Positions 14,901 through 28,900 are shown, counted from the stretch's first letter. The stretch is DNA of 64,000 nucleotides from Trichinella spiralis (GCF_000181795.1 NW_003526944.1:3578706-3642705); one strand, 5' to 3'. Translations and numbers: made by a program. Notes: a model not told the origin generated them from the sequence alone.

Positions 14901-17900
14901 TTGTACGAGGCGCGACTTTGTTAAAATTAGTCGAACGCCTTACTTATCACATGTAAAATTTTCTTATTTCGCATATTGGTTTAATGATAATTTTGTTGAT
15001 TATTATAAATATGATGTGTTTTTATTAATGTGGTTTTTTTTCAATATTTCTTTATTATTTTCAAACAGGTATGTTGATCCAAAATTTGTGAGAACATTTT
15101 TGACAACATTTCGCTCTTTTTGCGCCCCATCAGAATTGTTGCAGCTGCTTATTGAACGTTTTGATATACCGGATCCGTCGGCCGGTACTATGGCAGCAGC
15201 TTTGCTATCTGAAACGGAAAATAAATCAAACATGGACGTGAGTGAATTTGACAGTCTGCTCAGGGAAAGTTTGAAACGTTTGAGAAAAGAATACATTCAA
15301 CCAGTGCGTATACGGTAAATTATTAAAATGTTGTTTTATTTTTTGGGGGAGGATTTTATCTGATTATTTATTTAAGCGTTTTGAATATTATTCGACAATG
15401 GATTGACCATCATTGGTATGATTTTGATCAAGATGCTGAATTGTTGGCCAATTTGAAACACTTTTTGAAACGCATTGAAACTGTCCACACTGTAGTGAAG
15501 TGGACACGTTCATTGCAAAATATTATTGATAGAAAAGTGAATTTATTTATCTATTTATATAAAGGAAATTTCTTTATTTAATAATTTTTTTTCTTTTGAT
15601 AGATGGAAACTTGTGAAGAATCGAAAGGATTCCAATTTGCATCAGATCCTCCACCTATTGAAATGCATTTGGCTATAATTCCTGAAGAATACGATTTGAT
15701 GACGGTGGGTTTTGTCATTAATTGTCACTTATGAATTATTATTATTATTATTATTACTGAATATTTTGTTTATTTTGAAGCTTCATCCGATTGAAATAGC
15801 TAGACAAATTACACTGCTCGAATTTGACCTGTACAGAGCGGTGAAGCCGATTGAATTGGTCGGTGCGGCTTGGACGAAAAAGGACAAAGACAAACGCAGT
15901 CCCCAACTTCTCAAACTTATTCAACATTCCACAAAGGTAAATCATTGTTATTTAATTTTTTTAATTGTAGAACAAAAAAAATTTTTCAAATATAGTCATA
16001 AAATCATAGCGCACAATTGGTCTGTTTATTTATTTATTTATTTGTAAAAGTGAGAAGATTGAGAAAATGAAGCGAATTGTATGTGTATACAATTAGCAGT
16101 TTTGCAATTAGACCCAATTTTCCGCTGATCAGGATCATTAGCAGGGCAGAATTCCGCACCGCTAATGCATCCCTATTGAAATTGTTCACTTTTGTCCGGA
16201 GGCATATGGTGTAGTGATGTAGTTCACACTGACGTAATAGCACAGAAAAGCTTAATTTGTCATATTAAAATGAAATGCAATGCCCGGATGTATTTCAAAA
16301 AATAATGAGGAGAAATTAATAAATAAAAGATTTCTTATTAATATATTAGTGCAAGTGACGTGAATTAATTTTTCTAAATGTGTATAGTTTTCAAAATGAG
16401 GAAATTGAAAAATGACACTTTTTTTTATAACGAATGTTCATTATGAGAGTGTTGATGATGTGGCAAATTGATAATAATAAAGGGGAAATGTGTAGTAGTG
16501 TTCAGTTTTCCAAAAGAGAAAAAGAAATCAATTTTGGTATTCGGTTTTCTTTGTAATTAGAACAAGGTATAAAATATTACACGCATGATGGATGTTGTGT
16601 GATTGAAGTTTGGTTTTTTAATGTGGAAATTGGATTTGAATTTCAGTTTACCTACTGGCTTGAAAAGTGCGTTGTCGAATGTGGAAATTTGAACGAACGT
16701 GTGGCGGTGATGAATCGTATATTGGAAATTATGTGCATATTTCAAGAATTGAACAATTTCACCGGTTTGATTGAAATATACGGCGTTCTTGAATCGTCGG
16801 CAATTCATCGTCTCTACCACACTTGGGAGGTATTATATTTAGTTGAATGGTAGCAGAAATTGGAAATTATTCGAGCAATTTTTTTTCTTCTCTAGCGTCT
16901 TGATCCGAAATTGTTGAAAGTATTTGAAGAGGTGAAGCAGATTTTGTCCGATGCTCATCACAAGCTCATCCGTGAACGTTTGCGTTCAATCAATCCACCC
17001 TGTGTTCCATTTTTTGGTAAATTGAATGAAAATTTGAAATTGAATAATAATAATAATAATAATTTTGTTTTTTTTCTCTTCTCTTTTCAGGCATGTATTT
17101 GACGAATATTATTTTTCTCGAAGAAGGCAATCCGATATTTTTGAAAATGCCCCTCTCCAGTCAAAGCAGTGAAGCCGATTCGACCACTCACGATTGCGAG
17201 AAGCCGACGTTGATTAGCTTTGCAAAATGTCGCAAAATTGCCGACATCATCACTGAAATTCAAATGTATCAAAATCAGCCGTACTGTCTAATTTTGGAAC
17301 CATCAATGCGGGTAAGTGTTGAAAAAGATGTTTTAAAAATGGACTGTATTTTACAAATTGATGTTCAAGTGTCAATTAATTAATTAGAAAAGGAAATTTA
17401 TAATATGATGTGAGAAAAGAATATTTTATTTTGTTCATGAAAGGAACGAACTCTGCTAATTCATCTGTACAGTTATATGTAACAAACAGTTTTTGATGAG
17501 CTTGTTCAAATTTTGCATCTGTAGTAAGCGAAGATGTGTTAGGAGGGGTTTTATGACATATGATAAAGCGTAGAGAGAAGAGGGAAAGGTATAACTGATT
17601 CATCAGACCATCCAAAATTCAGAATCAAAGCCCAAATCATCAGAAATCAGAATGTTTTTTTTTGAATTTATTGATTGGTTGGTTCGTTTCACAAGCAGCA
17701 GCAGCAGCAACTCTTATGAAATTGCAGTTGTTTAAAATGGTATTTTTCAGGAAAAAAATTAACGTAAAATTTTCGACAATTTTGGTATTATTATTATTTG
17801 TCTTTTTTCTTTTGTTTTCTTATGAGAAAGAGAAAGCTTAAAACCAATTATTGAGCAGATTGATGTAAGCAATAAGCTGGGTGGGTCTTGGGTAATTATT

Positions 17901-20900
17901 GCAGGGCGAGATGATCAATCGTAATTATTGCAATGGAAACAAAAACTTTTTTGTTTAAATATTTTGTTCCAAAGTGGATCAGATATTTTTAATAATAGAA
18001 ATGTGAATATTTGAAGAAAAAAGTTTATTTTTTTTTGTTTATTCTTCTTCAACATATTCAAAATGTGAAAAGCAATATCGCATTGCTTATTGCTGCTGCT
18101 TCGAGGCTTTGTCGCCGTCAAGTAGTGACAGAAACAGATGAGAGAATTGAAAATTAATCGAAGAAATTGAGAAAGTGAATTTTTCACCGAGTGAAGGAAG
18201 AAGCTTTCGAGTGAATTGATGAATTTGTGAGTGAAAGAGGAAAAAGGATAGAGACCATCTATATCTATATGTATATCTATATATATAATATAATCTATGT
18301 GCTAGATGGTCGGCTTGCTAGAAGTTGTTCCCTTTTGAACTGAACTGAAGTGAAGAATGCACTTTATTGTTGTCGGGCATTAGAAAATTTCAAATTGTGC
18401 TAAAAGGCATGCCAGATGTGACGAAATATACGCCTGTTCAACGTTGGCATGTTTTGTTCTTTTTCAATGTTGGCGGCTGGCAAATTTTTTGGACAAATAA
18501 AAAGCAAGTGCTTGAAAATTTCGCAAGATTGATCGATCCAACTGACGATCCGTGTTGCACAACAGTGCCAACAATATAAGGCGCAAATTGTAAAAATGCC
18601 CCTCAGTATATATATATAATACGCAAATTTTTTCTTATCACTTAAGTTAATTGATAAGCAAGTAGAACCGTTGAAATTAATTGATTTTTCCAAGCAGCTT
18701 TTATTATTTCATCATCCTTTTTATAAAAATTTATCTTCTATTGTTTGTTTATTTTATTTTACGATAAAATTGCTTGGTCAAAGTGTTGTTTTTTTAAATT
18801 TGATTTGATAAAGTCTTCGATGATGCTTGGATAATTACTTTTTTTCTATACGAACATTTTACGAGTCATCTTCGAATTTTCATTGTGTTAATTGAAAAAG
18901 TACTATTTCCAGTTGAATGGATAATAGTAGAGAAGCTGTTTTTCTTTGCATGTAATGAAATTGTTAAATGATTAACAAAAGGGAAATTATATGTGCTTTG
19001 TGGGGGAAAAATACAATTGTTTAAAAATTATTTGTTCTAAATTCAAGGTGATCGATTTGGAATGAAATTTCTCTTTATCCGGTATTTGGTTATCAGTAAA
19101 ATGATAATTTTCTTTTCTTAAGTTTATTATAAATAAATATTAATGTTGATGAGGAGGAAAAAGAAAAGAAAGAGAATAGGAAGAAACTGTGAAAAAGAAG
19201 TTATAAAGATATTCATTATATATATATATGGTTGAAGAAATGGGTTAACAGAATCAACAGCAGGGAAAAAAGCAAGCCGGCAAGCAGGCAGGCAGTTAAA
19301 TAGATGGATGGATAGATTAAAGCAATTAAATAGTCAACTCGAGGTCGTAACGTTAGCTCAACGGTTAGCTGTGTGAAAAGCGGAAACAGTTGGTGGCGTT
19401 TATCTGTCGGTTGGCATCAGTTCGCGCCGGAAACGGCTTTGTTTTGTCCTGTTAGAAAGAGCACATTTCCTTGGAAATTTATGCTTCATAATTAAAAGCT
19501 AGAAAAATGGCGGGGGGGGGAGAGATGGAGATGGAAATGGAGAGAGAGAGAAAGCAAAGAAGCCCCGAAAAAAGCGCCCCACTGGTCGCGGCTGTTATTA
19601 GCCCAGTTGAATGAAAGCTTCAATCGTGTCAGGTGACACAAATTTGAAGCTTTTCATTCATTCGTTGTTGTTCCAAAAGCACGTTGTGCTGTTCTTTCAT
19701 TGGTTGGTCATTTTCATTTTTGGGCGGTGCCGATTTATTTCGTCTCGAACGTGGGCGTTTGTAGTTAGTTGTGCGTGGCTATTATAATTTCTTGTAAATC
19801 TTATTGGCTTATATTTTGCTTTTCCAATTGTCTACTTATTCCATCCATTGTTGCTACTTGCTGCCATTTAATTTCTGCTGCTTCTGCTTCTTTTTACCGT
19901 TGCTTCTTAATTTCTTCCCCCTCTCCCTCTCCCTCTCTTTCTCTGTTGCTGCATATTGCTGCTGCTGCTGCTCCTGCTGCCGCCGCTGCTACTGCTGTTT
20001 GCTGTTGCTGCTGCTTCTATTGCCGCTGCTGTTACCGCTGCTTCTGCCGCCGCTGCTGATTATGATGATGACAATGATGATGATGATGATGATGATGATG
20101 AGAATTAGAATGATGATGATGCATCTGCTTGGTGTGCTGATGCTTTTGCACGCGCGTTTATGTTAGCGACTCTGACGGACGCGACGCTTCGTCCGCTTTA
20201 AACTTTTCAGTTTTTCTTCTACTCCGCTAAACTTGAACCTTCGATCGAACGGCGCAGTCGGTTCTCTTTTCCTTTTATAATAATACTGTTTTATTTTTTT
20301 TCTATTTTTATTTATTTGTTTATTTATTTATTCAAATTCTGTAACTGTTCTCATCTTCTTCTTCTTCTTCGTACGCATTAGGTTTTGTTGCATTTGTTTG
20401 TTTTTCAAATTTAAATCCCTTTTTTAATTTAATCATTTTTTTATTTTTTTTTTATCATTTTATTTTCTTTACTTATTTATTTAAATCAGATTTAAAAATT
20501 ATTCAGTGGTTGAAATGAACAATTGCCACGTTTTATTGCGAATCAACTCGATACCTCTGCGCCGATTTTTCTCCATAGTTTTGTCCTTACTTTTAGTACT
20601 TTTCGTTTGTTTATTTCTTTGAATTTTTTTCTATTCTTTCAAAAAGTCTCATCGGGAGTGCTTATTATATTTGTGTTCAGCAAAGCTTTTTTGTCGACAT
20701 GGGTTGCATCTTGTCCATTAGTCAGGTGAGATTTGGATTTTGGAACTTGCAACTAATTGTTATTTTATATATGTACGATTTAGTTCTACTGTATATATTT
20801 ATATATTTATTTATTTATGCAGTCAGTAACATGAAAAGGAAAATTACAGCAGCAGTAATAAAATAAATAATCAATGGCATTTTTAGATATATATGTATAT

Positions 20901-22011
20901 TGCAGGATTATAAAATGAAAAGTAAATATGTGATTATTTTAGCATTTTTTTGAATCGTTGAATCCTTTGCAAGGATTCAGTAGTAAAAACGATTTGGAAG
21001 CTTATTTGTACAATCGGTCGCTGGAAATTGAACCCAAAGAGACGGATAAGCCGCCTAATTTTGTAATATCTATCTGTTTGTTTATTTATAATTGTTCAAT
21101 ATGTGTTTTTTTGACTGTTAGGCTCCTCTGCGAAAGTATTCGTTGAAATCTCCTGGAATAAAGCCGCAAAAAGTGTCTCAGCACATGAAACACAAGTGCG
21201 CCTCGGCGTCGCCGACAATGCTTTTCACACCGTTGATCGGCTATGGGTATGTATTTAAAAAAAAAATTTTGTTTTTTATTTTTGAAAATTTTAAATAATT
21301 TTCTTGTTTAATCCCATTTTGAGGCGAGATAGACAAGGCGGGGGTACATCGGCTACACTGCCGTTGCGTCGAACACCGAACACTGCTCCGGCTTCACCGA
21401 CTTTCAAGGAAACTAGCATTTTCGCAATTGTGGAAATCAATCCAGGTAAGAATTTTAAAATATGAAATATTTTCATCTTCATTACGTTTTTGTATTGATA
21501 TATTTTTTGTCGTAGGGATGACTGAGGGGATTGTTCAGTTTTGAATAGTAATCTTTATATCAGCTTTTGTGGGAAGTGGATTTTTATTTTTATTCATTAT
21601 CTGGTTTTATAATTCATTGTTTTACGTGTTATTTTTAAAAATTCATCAAAATTGTATCTTCTGTTTCTACAGATTTTTTCAAATCTGCCCAATTTTTAAC
21701 GAAGAATATGTAGGCTTTATTTATTATTTGCTTTCACTGATTTTCTCTTTATGCAAATAACTCACTTCTTTATTGTAATTTTTTTTCTGTTCACTGAATA
21801 CAAAACAATTGATAATTTGTTGGCAACATTTTTCACATTGATATGCTTCTTCTTCTTTTTTCTTTCTGTTGTTTACGTTGATTGACAGCAGATGCCGGTT
21901 GATATTTTTTCTTACCTTTGATTTCCGGAAATTGTCAAAGCGGCTATGTAAAAGCTGAATGGAAGAAGTGAAACAATCGCCCTCTACTTATATCATTTAG
22001 CTGTGTAGTAG

Positions 22012-22052
<41 letters not shown>

Positions 22053-22773
22053 CGGACCATAATCAGTGGTAGTAGTAAGGTTTGTGAATAGTATTGAATG
22101 GGGATAGCGAGCTTTGATGGTCGGTTGTTCCATCACTAGTGATACAGGTAGTACAGGTTGGGCAAGCACAGGTATCGGCAGCGTCATCAGCAACATGAGA
22201 GCTCCCACAAGTCACGATATGGAATATTGGAGAAAAGAGCAGGCGCCTACAAACCAGCCAACATTAATTTCAGCCGGGTCGAAGGGGCAATGCTTCGGAA
22301 ACGAGGAAGCCATCAATATCAACGAATGAAAAGATAGGAGCAGCAAAAAGATCCCAAAAATAAACACTTGCACTCACCNNNNNNNNNNGTAGTAGTAGTA
22401 GTAGTAGTAGTAGTAGTAACTAGTAATGAATGGTGATAGTGAGCATTAATGAATAGTAGTAGTAGTAGCAGTAGTAGTAGTAGTAGTAGTAGTAAGTGCA
22501 GCGGAAACAGCAGCATCAACAGCAGTAGTGAAAATCGTAGTAGTGTGTGAAGTGTGATGTTGACGAAAAGCGCAGGCGCTTTACAAACTAGCCAGTTGTT
22601 GTTGCTGAATGGGTGAAAAGGGAGAATTTTGAATGAAACGAGCTGCGCATTTACGTTCAACCTGATGAAAAGATAGCTGATGAACTTTTGATAGTTAAAA
22701 ATGTAAAACTGCACACAACAGATAGGGATTCTATTATTATTGTTGGTGAAAAATGAATTTCTAAATTATTATG

Positions 22774-22824
<51 letters not shown>

Positions 22825-24505
22825 TGATTTATTTATTTTTATTCTATTAATGTGATTGTTGACTGTTTTTCATTTCAGCTTCTGAAACCACACCTGTTTC
22901 TTTTCTTCTAAGAATATGTGACATTTCAGATATTGCTTGTGCAAAATATATGTATCTTTTTGTTTGATTGAATTAATGTTCTCCTTTGTATGTGATGATG
23001 AGATGAGATTTTTTTTGTAGATTGAAATATTGATATTTGGAAGTTTTATTTGTAATCATTTCTGTTGTGAAATTTATCATGATTTTTTTTGGGGGGGGGG
23101 GACGAGGAATAGAAGCTTATTATTTGAACTTTTTACTTTTGCTAAATAATTATCAACTTTAAAAGTGGTAAAATTAATCGAAAGTTTTCATATATTATAT
23201 TCGATCTTGGGAAAGATATTGTTAATTAATTGATCGTGTGCTTTTACAAGATTGTCTTAGTGTATGCAACTAGTTAAGCATCTTCAAAATGTTAATCTTT
23301 ACAAATGACGTTAAGGTGAACAACCGAAACATGTGGCCGACGTGACAGAACCATCGCAAAGAGCTTTCAGTTCAACACAGCAGCCGCAGCAGCAGTTGAT
23401 ACGTTTGGAAAAACGTACCAGGAAACATTCGCATCCCATGACGTTGGTCAACAGCCATGCCGGTGAATCATCTTCGATTCCGTGCGGTACAATTGGCTGC
23501 TTGGCACCACCGATTCCACCGAGACAGTTGAAAACTACTGGTAGCTCGACAACACCCACCGCCACTTCTACCACGACGATTGCTGCTGCAATCAGTAATA
23601 ATAATCATCATCATCAACTTTCACCGGTGAGTAATAGCCCAGTAGTGGACGGTGGTACGGTTCGCTTCGGTTTCAAAAATCCAATGATCACAACAACGAC
23701 CACAATGACCATTGCCAACAGCATCACTTGCACCACTACCAACGCCACCACCACCACCACCATCGTCGGTAACACTGCAAACACCAGTGCAACACTGTCC
23801 ACTTTCGCTTTTCGCTTTCCGGAATTGAAATCTTCTTCCGACTTGATCGACATCACAGAAGAAACGACGACGGTCACTTGTGCAGCACCTAGACCGGCCA
23901 TTCCTCCCAGGAATAGCTCATTAGCACAAAGTCCGAAAGCGATCAGCCTACCTCATCCATTGAGATTTGTATCTACATTGCCAGTGAACAGCACCACCAC
24001 CACCACTACACTGGATGAAAGTCGATATGAAAATCGTGAACAATTGGCTTCGTCGACAATTGTCACTAGAAATAAGAACAAGAGCAATATTAATAATATT
24101 AATAATAATAATAATAATAACGTGAATAATATTCTTGTTCAACCTGTTGCTAAAGTAGCACCGGAACCGTCGTCGTCGTCGTCGTCTTCTTCTATGAAGC
24201 GAGATCAAGTGGAAATTATCACTGTTGGTAATTCGGTTAAATTTCCCCCACCCATACCGCCAAAATCATCGACCAAAGGTGGTGGTGATACGTCAACTAT
24301 TCCTCCACCTCGACCCCCGAAACGGTATGTATGCCTTTATTATTTATGAAATTTATGCATCTGTATGTGCACTTTGTGAGAAGATGTATTATTTGTTTTC
24401 AGCGTACCTGTGGAAAAATCTGACCACGCACCACCATTGCCTCCGAAAACTTATAAACAGAAGCAATGGCCGTCTAAGAAAATGGGAAATCATTTTCCAA
24501 AATGA
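11909..24505 (+). CDS. SOS: Son of sevenless Ras-GEF (histone folds, DH, PH, REM, CDC25, proline-rich tail), >20 exons
   Basis: Motifs [100 protein letters not shown]. Tail PxxPxR/K motifs [29 protein letters not shown]. Stop at 24503-24505. Confidence 0.95.
19945..20125 (+). repeat. (GCT/GCC)n and (GAT)n low-complexity trinucleotide tract inside the long SOS intron
   Basis: Directly visible trinucleotide runs. Confidence 0.9.
20699..20725 (+). CDS. Putative alternative SOS micro-exon coding MGCILSISQ
   Basis: ATG at 20699, strong donor CAG|GTGAGA at 20725/20726, TTCAG acceptor ending at 20680. Phase 0, compatible with the SOS exon starting at 20943. Confidence 0.55.
22005..22495. repeat. 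(GTA)n microsatellite tracts flanking a 10-N assembly gap (22379-22388)
   Basis: Visible GTA runs at ~22005-22051, ~22389-22418 and ~22453-22494, plus the N run. Confidence 0.95.
22773..22822. repeat. (CA)n(TA)n microsatellite
   Basis: Directly visible. Confidence 0.9.
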
Positions 24506-25973
24506 ATGAATGAAAAGAATTGAAAAATTCGGCACGGGTTTGGTTGGCCTTTCTTTATTGGATTACTTACAATTATTGATTTTCATTTTTTGTTCATCGT
24601 CATCCCATGTTTTTTACATTTCGCCGTTCTTCTGCTAATATCTAAATATAAACGTACGTACGTGTGTATTATTCTTTTCTTTTTTCCCCTTTCATCTGCT
24701 GTCACTGTCGTCATCTGTGCTGCCAGCTAGCAGCACATCATGTTGTTTGTTGCTTTACTTCATTATTATTATTATTATTATTAATTTCATATTTCTTTTC
24801 CGTCACACTTGACACACCAGTTGGTGGTTTTTGTTGTGGCTAATTAATTTTGCAGAGTCGAGCTTAGAGTGGTTCATTGTAGTCATTTTTGTTTTTTTAT
24901 TAATTATTATTAATATCTTTCGTGACCGTGGTGATTCGTTTGCTCTCTCTCTCTTACTGAAAATGGTGCTCGTATTTTTTGTTTCATTCATAAAAACTGA
25001 TTCATGATGAATTTCTTTTTTTCCATCTTTATTGTTGCTGATCAAGAGAAGATATAATTTTTCGGTTTCAACCATCAGCTTTTTCTTCGATACTGCTATT
25101 TCACAAATTTGGTGGCTCACATTTGAACGTCTTTTCTTTTCTTTGTTTGGTTGTTTTGGTTTCCATCGTTAATTATTTTGATCGATGAACAGAGAAGAAA
25201 TTGCACAAGCTTAATAATAATAATAATAATAAATATTATGATAAATGAAAAACAATATTCATCATCAAGCGGAAGAACGAGCGGCGATGTACTGACTGAC
25301 TGTTGTGAGGAGGATTCTCATTTTTTATTTTCTCTCATTGAAATTTTCTTCCGGTTTGAATTATTATCTATCCCACGTCCAGACATTTGGATATCAAAAT
25401 GATATATAATTTCATTTTTTGTTACGATTGATTCTTTTCCACCACAATCTTCTTCTCTGTTATTATTAAAACAATGAGATGAAAAATGCTTTTTGTGCGC
25501 GCATTTCCCGTTGATTTGCAATTCTCGCCCCTCCCTCCCTCCCCCCTTGGCGGCGGCTGGCTTTCAGTCTCATTTGTCAGCTGTCAGTATCCAGTCGATT
25601 TTGCTTAGAGCTGTTGTATGAAGTGAACATTTTTGAAAGAAAAAACATACATGCACGTTCCACATTTTTGCTAAATACGTTCAGGACGAAAACAACAACA
25701 ACATTTTCAACTACTTAATAATAAACGTGCAACATTTTCATTTTGTTTACTTGTTTGTTTTCTCAATTCTGCACTGAAATTGTTCTAGTGTAATAGCAAT
25801 CATTTCCACTGGCAAGCAAAAGATACCAACGTACTGTGTGCGTGTGTGCGCAAGATATAGATGTACAGAACAGAGGATGCAGAGAGATTGTATAAGTAAG
25901 CCTGATTGATTGATCTTCTTATTCTTTATTCTTCGTCTTCTTTTTTCGTTGATTAAATTAGGAACAAAATTCA

Positions 25974-28900
25974 TCAACGGGCAGGCAACAACAACAACAA
26001 CTGTGAAATTGATTCAGCCGAATGAGAGCTCCAGTCGGTCGAATTACAGTCAACGCGGTAGGCTTGATGCAAGTCCCGGGCACACTGACTCACCGTGAAG
26101 AAGTGCGGTGAGCTGACGGGGATGGGGTTCGGTTTGCCGATCAGGCAGGCACTTTTGATCGAAAAGAATGGATCCAAGATCCGTGCCAACTTCTCCATTA
26201 GAAGTTCGTTGGGATCGATGACCGGAAACGACATCTCGGCCAGAAGCTCGTCATTGTTCATCTGAACTCTCACCGACCAGATGCCATCTTCGGACAGACC
26301 GATTTGCTTTTGCAAGTGAACAACAACAACACCACCGGATGCGTTCGCTTTGAACTGTTGCTCTTGCACTTCTGAAAAACAGAATTATCAAATTGTGCAC
26401 AAAAAATTGGCAGACGATGATGTGATGGTGAGTGGGTGAATGAATGGAAATCTCTATAACCGTCAATTCGACCGTCCGGCGTTGACCAGACCACCGTTAT
26501 TGAGCTGAGGTTCTCCTTCCCGTTGGACAGAGCCATCGACCAACGCTGACGCAAAAAGGGACGGTCATGTTTAGCCACAATTGCCACGTAATCGCGCAAC
26601 ATCTCTTCCTTGACATCATATTCATTACCAAGCTGCAATGTTTGTTGCAAAAGACCAAAAAAATAAATAGCAGAAGAAGGGGAAAACAAATATATATATA
26701 TATATATATACCTGAATGTCCAGTAGATGATTTTTGGACAAATTTCCACTGCCGAAGGTAATTTTGCGTTGTCGTTGGAGACGAATTTCGGCAAACCACT
26801 GAAAAGATGCACCGTGCAGAGGAGCCGCTGGTTCAGATCGACAAGTTCCACCAATGCTGATCAGCAAGTCCATCAATTCAGCGTTGGATTGTTTGAAGAG
26901 GTTGAACTGAAGCACACGTTCCACTGGACAGTCGACCGACTGGACAGCGTTGCAGGAAGTTGGTTGAAACAAATAACGTCGACCAACGTGAGCAGCGTAG
27001 TCGAAAAATCGTCTCATCCTCGGATTCAGCGACTGGAGCTGGTCGTCGACGTGGTGAAACTCATTCTGCCAGTATGGAAATGAGCTCGCTGGGTAGGCCG
27101 AATCACCGTTTCCGTTGGCAACCGTTCGTTCCAGTTGGACAATGATTCGCAGGTCGATCAAGGGGTCGAATTTTCGTGCGAAGAATTGCAAGCCACTACC
27201 CCCTTTGGTCACTTTCCGCAGACGATCCCAGTCGGCCATGCGGAACACGTTCGGACTGCAGCCGCACCAGTCGACCACGTTCAAGTGTTGGCAGTTGCAG
27301 CCACGCTTGCGGTGCCAGTTGGTGAGTTTCAAATTGGAATTGACTATCCGGTCGCAGAAGGGGCTGTTTTGCGCCAACGTGTGGAAAAACGTCTCCAACG
27401 GGAGCAGAGCGTTTTGGAAAAATTGCCTCAAACCACTGACCAGCTGGTCGTCGTGTTCGTGAACGGCGTATGCGACCAGGCTGCGGTGTAGGATCAGCCA
27501 ATCCGATCCACCGTCCACACGTACACCTTTCGGCAATTGCCTCTCAGCCAAGCGCCACATGTGGTTGTCGCATTCGACGAACAATTTGCCCAGACCCTGG
27601 CGCCTGACGAAAGCGACCGTCGTGTCGCCGTGGCTTCTCAGGAAGCTGGTGCCGTTGCAGTTGCCCAGCAACGAGGCCAACTCGTCCACTGGTCGCAGTG
27701 GCATGTCCGATTCGCTGAGATTTACCAAATATTCCCAATCCGAGGACAGTTGCAACAGTTCGTCAGCACTGGATAAGAACATTTTCAACAACGAGGCACC
27801 GCCCCATATTGTGGGAAATCGTCGCGTTAGCACGTGAAAATTCGTAGCTGAAATGCTTTTCTGCAACGATATCATTTCTCTGTACATGTGATTTTGTCGC
27901 TGAAACAAACAACAAGTCTTTGGAAATTGCCTTTCGAATAAACAATCTTACAGAATCGACATGCACCAAATAGATGTGTTCAGGTCGGTATATCAGTCGT
28001 AACAAACGTACAACTTGTCTCACAGCACGACCATTCAGTTGAAGTAAAAAAGCTATTTTTGCCGGCTTTGTGTTCACCTTCAACAATTCACTCCTTTTCA
28101 ATTTCACCTTTGGTGGATCTAAAAATAACACAGACAAAAAAAACTAACGTATAACGTTCGATCGTGAAAATTTTCTCAATTACTGTAGGTTTTTTATTAA
28201 CTGGAAAGTAATATAAAAACATATTGAAATTATTCACTGTAAAGGCATAAAAATGCACACCTTTGTAACCAGTATGATATACAGCAATTGCGTTGAAACC
28301 GCCGCATGCTGTCGACGAATTAGCCGGGCATGGATGAGTTTCGCAAAACCCAGTTTCCAGTTTCAGACCAAGTTTTAAATTGGACACTTTGCCACAAAAG
28401 CATTCTTCACCAAATTCGACGCCTGAAATTATCCTGCTCAAATACGAAAAACGGATTATCCGTTCGAGTGTGCTTCACCGGCAATGGTACAGCCCAACTG
28501 AAAGCAATAATCAACGCAGGCGTTAATGGAATTGAAATTGCCGATTCGTATGCCAGCAGAATTCAATAATCGCTTCTTCCGACTGTCAGCGTAGCATCCC
28601 AAATTTCGCAGACGCCAAGAACTTTCTGCAATAACAGACAACATTTGCAATCAATTTTTCAACAATTAAGTGTTTGGCAAAAATTATGCGTCAAAGAAAA
28701 ACCAAACTTTCCACACACACCTTCATATGGACAAGACCGATGCAGTGCAGCGGGATACAGTGAACCTTTCAAATGGGAACAATAGGCGTTAATTATTTGC
28801 TGTTTGCAGCTTTCAGATTGTGCTCTTTTCAATGCCTTTTCAGTTTCGACACTGAGATTGCATCTCGCGGTAACAAACAATGGTCGTTTAAACCATTTAA

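Noticed and set aside
18367..18579. 70-aa ORF within the long SOS intron
   Set aside because: No recognisable homology and no strong splice donor.
19769..20166. Cys/Ala/Leu/Met-rich ORFs (96 and 120 aa) and a minus-strand poly-His/Gln reading
   Set aside because: These are artefacts of (GCT)n/(GAT)n repeats. The minus-strand poly-H frame stops after about 30 codons.
22000..22079. Possible poly-Ser cassette exon in a SOS intron
   Set aside because: Its phase is incompatible with the flanking phase-1 junction (21445 to 23316), and that frame stops immediately.
22630..22695. Hammerhead-like motifs (GAAAC, and CTGATGA twice)
   Set aside because: Stem I cannot be formed, GAAA does not follow stem II, and the duplicate copy lacks CTGATGA.
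26727..27837. Multiple antisense ORFs over the large XYLT exon (similar ones overlap the F-box and CDF genes)
   Set aside because: These are shadow ORFs caused by the GC-rich codon usage of the real genes.
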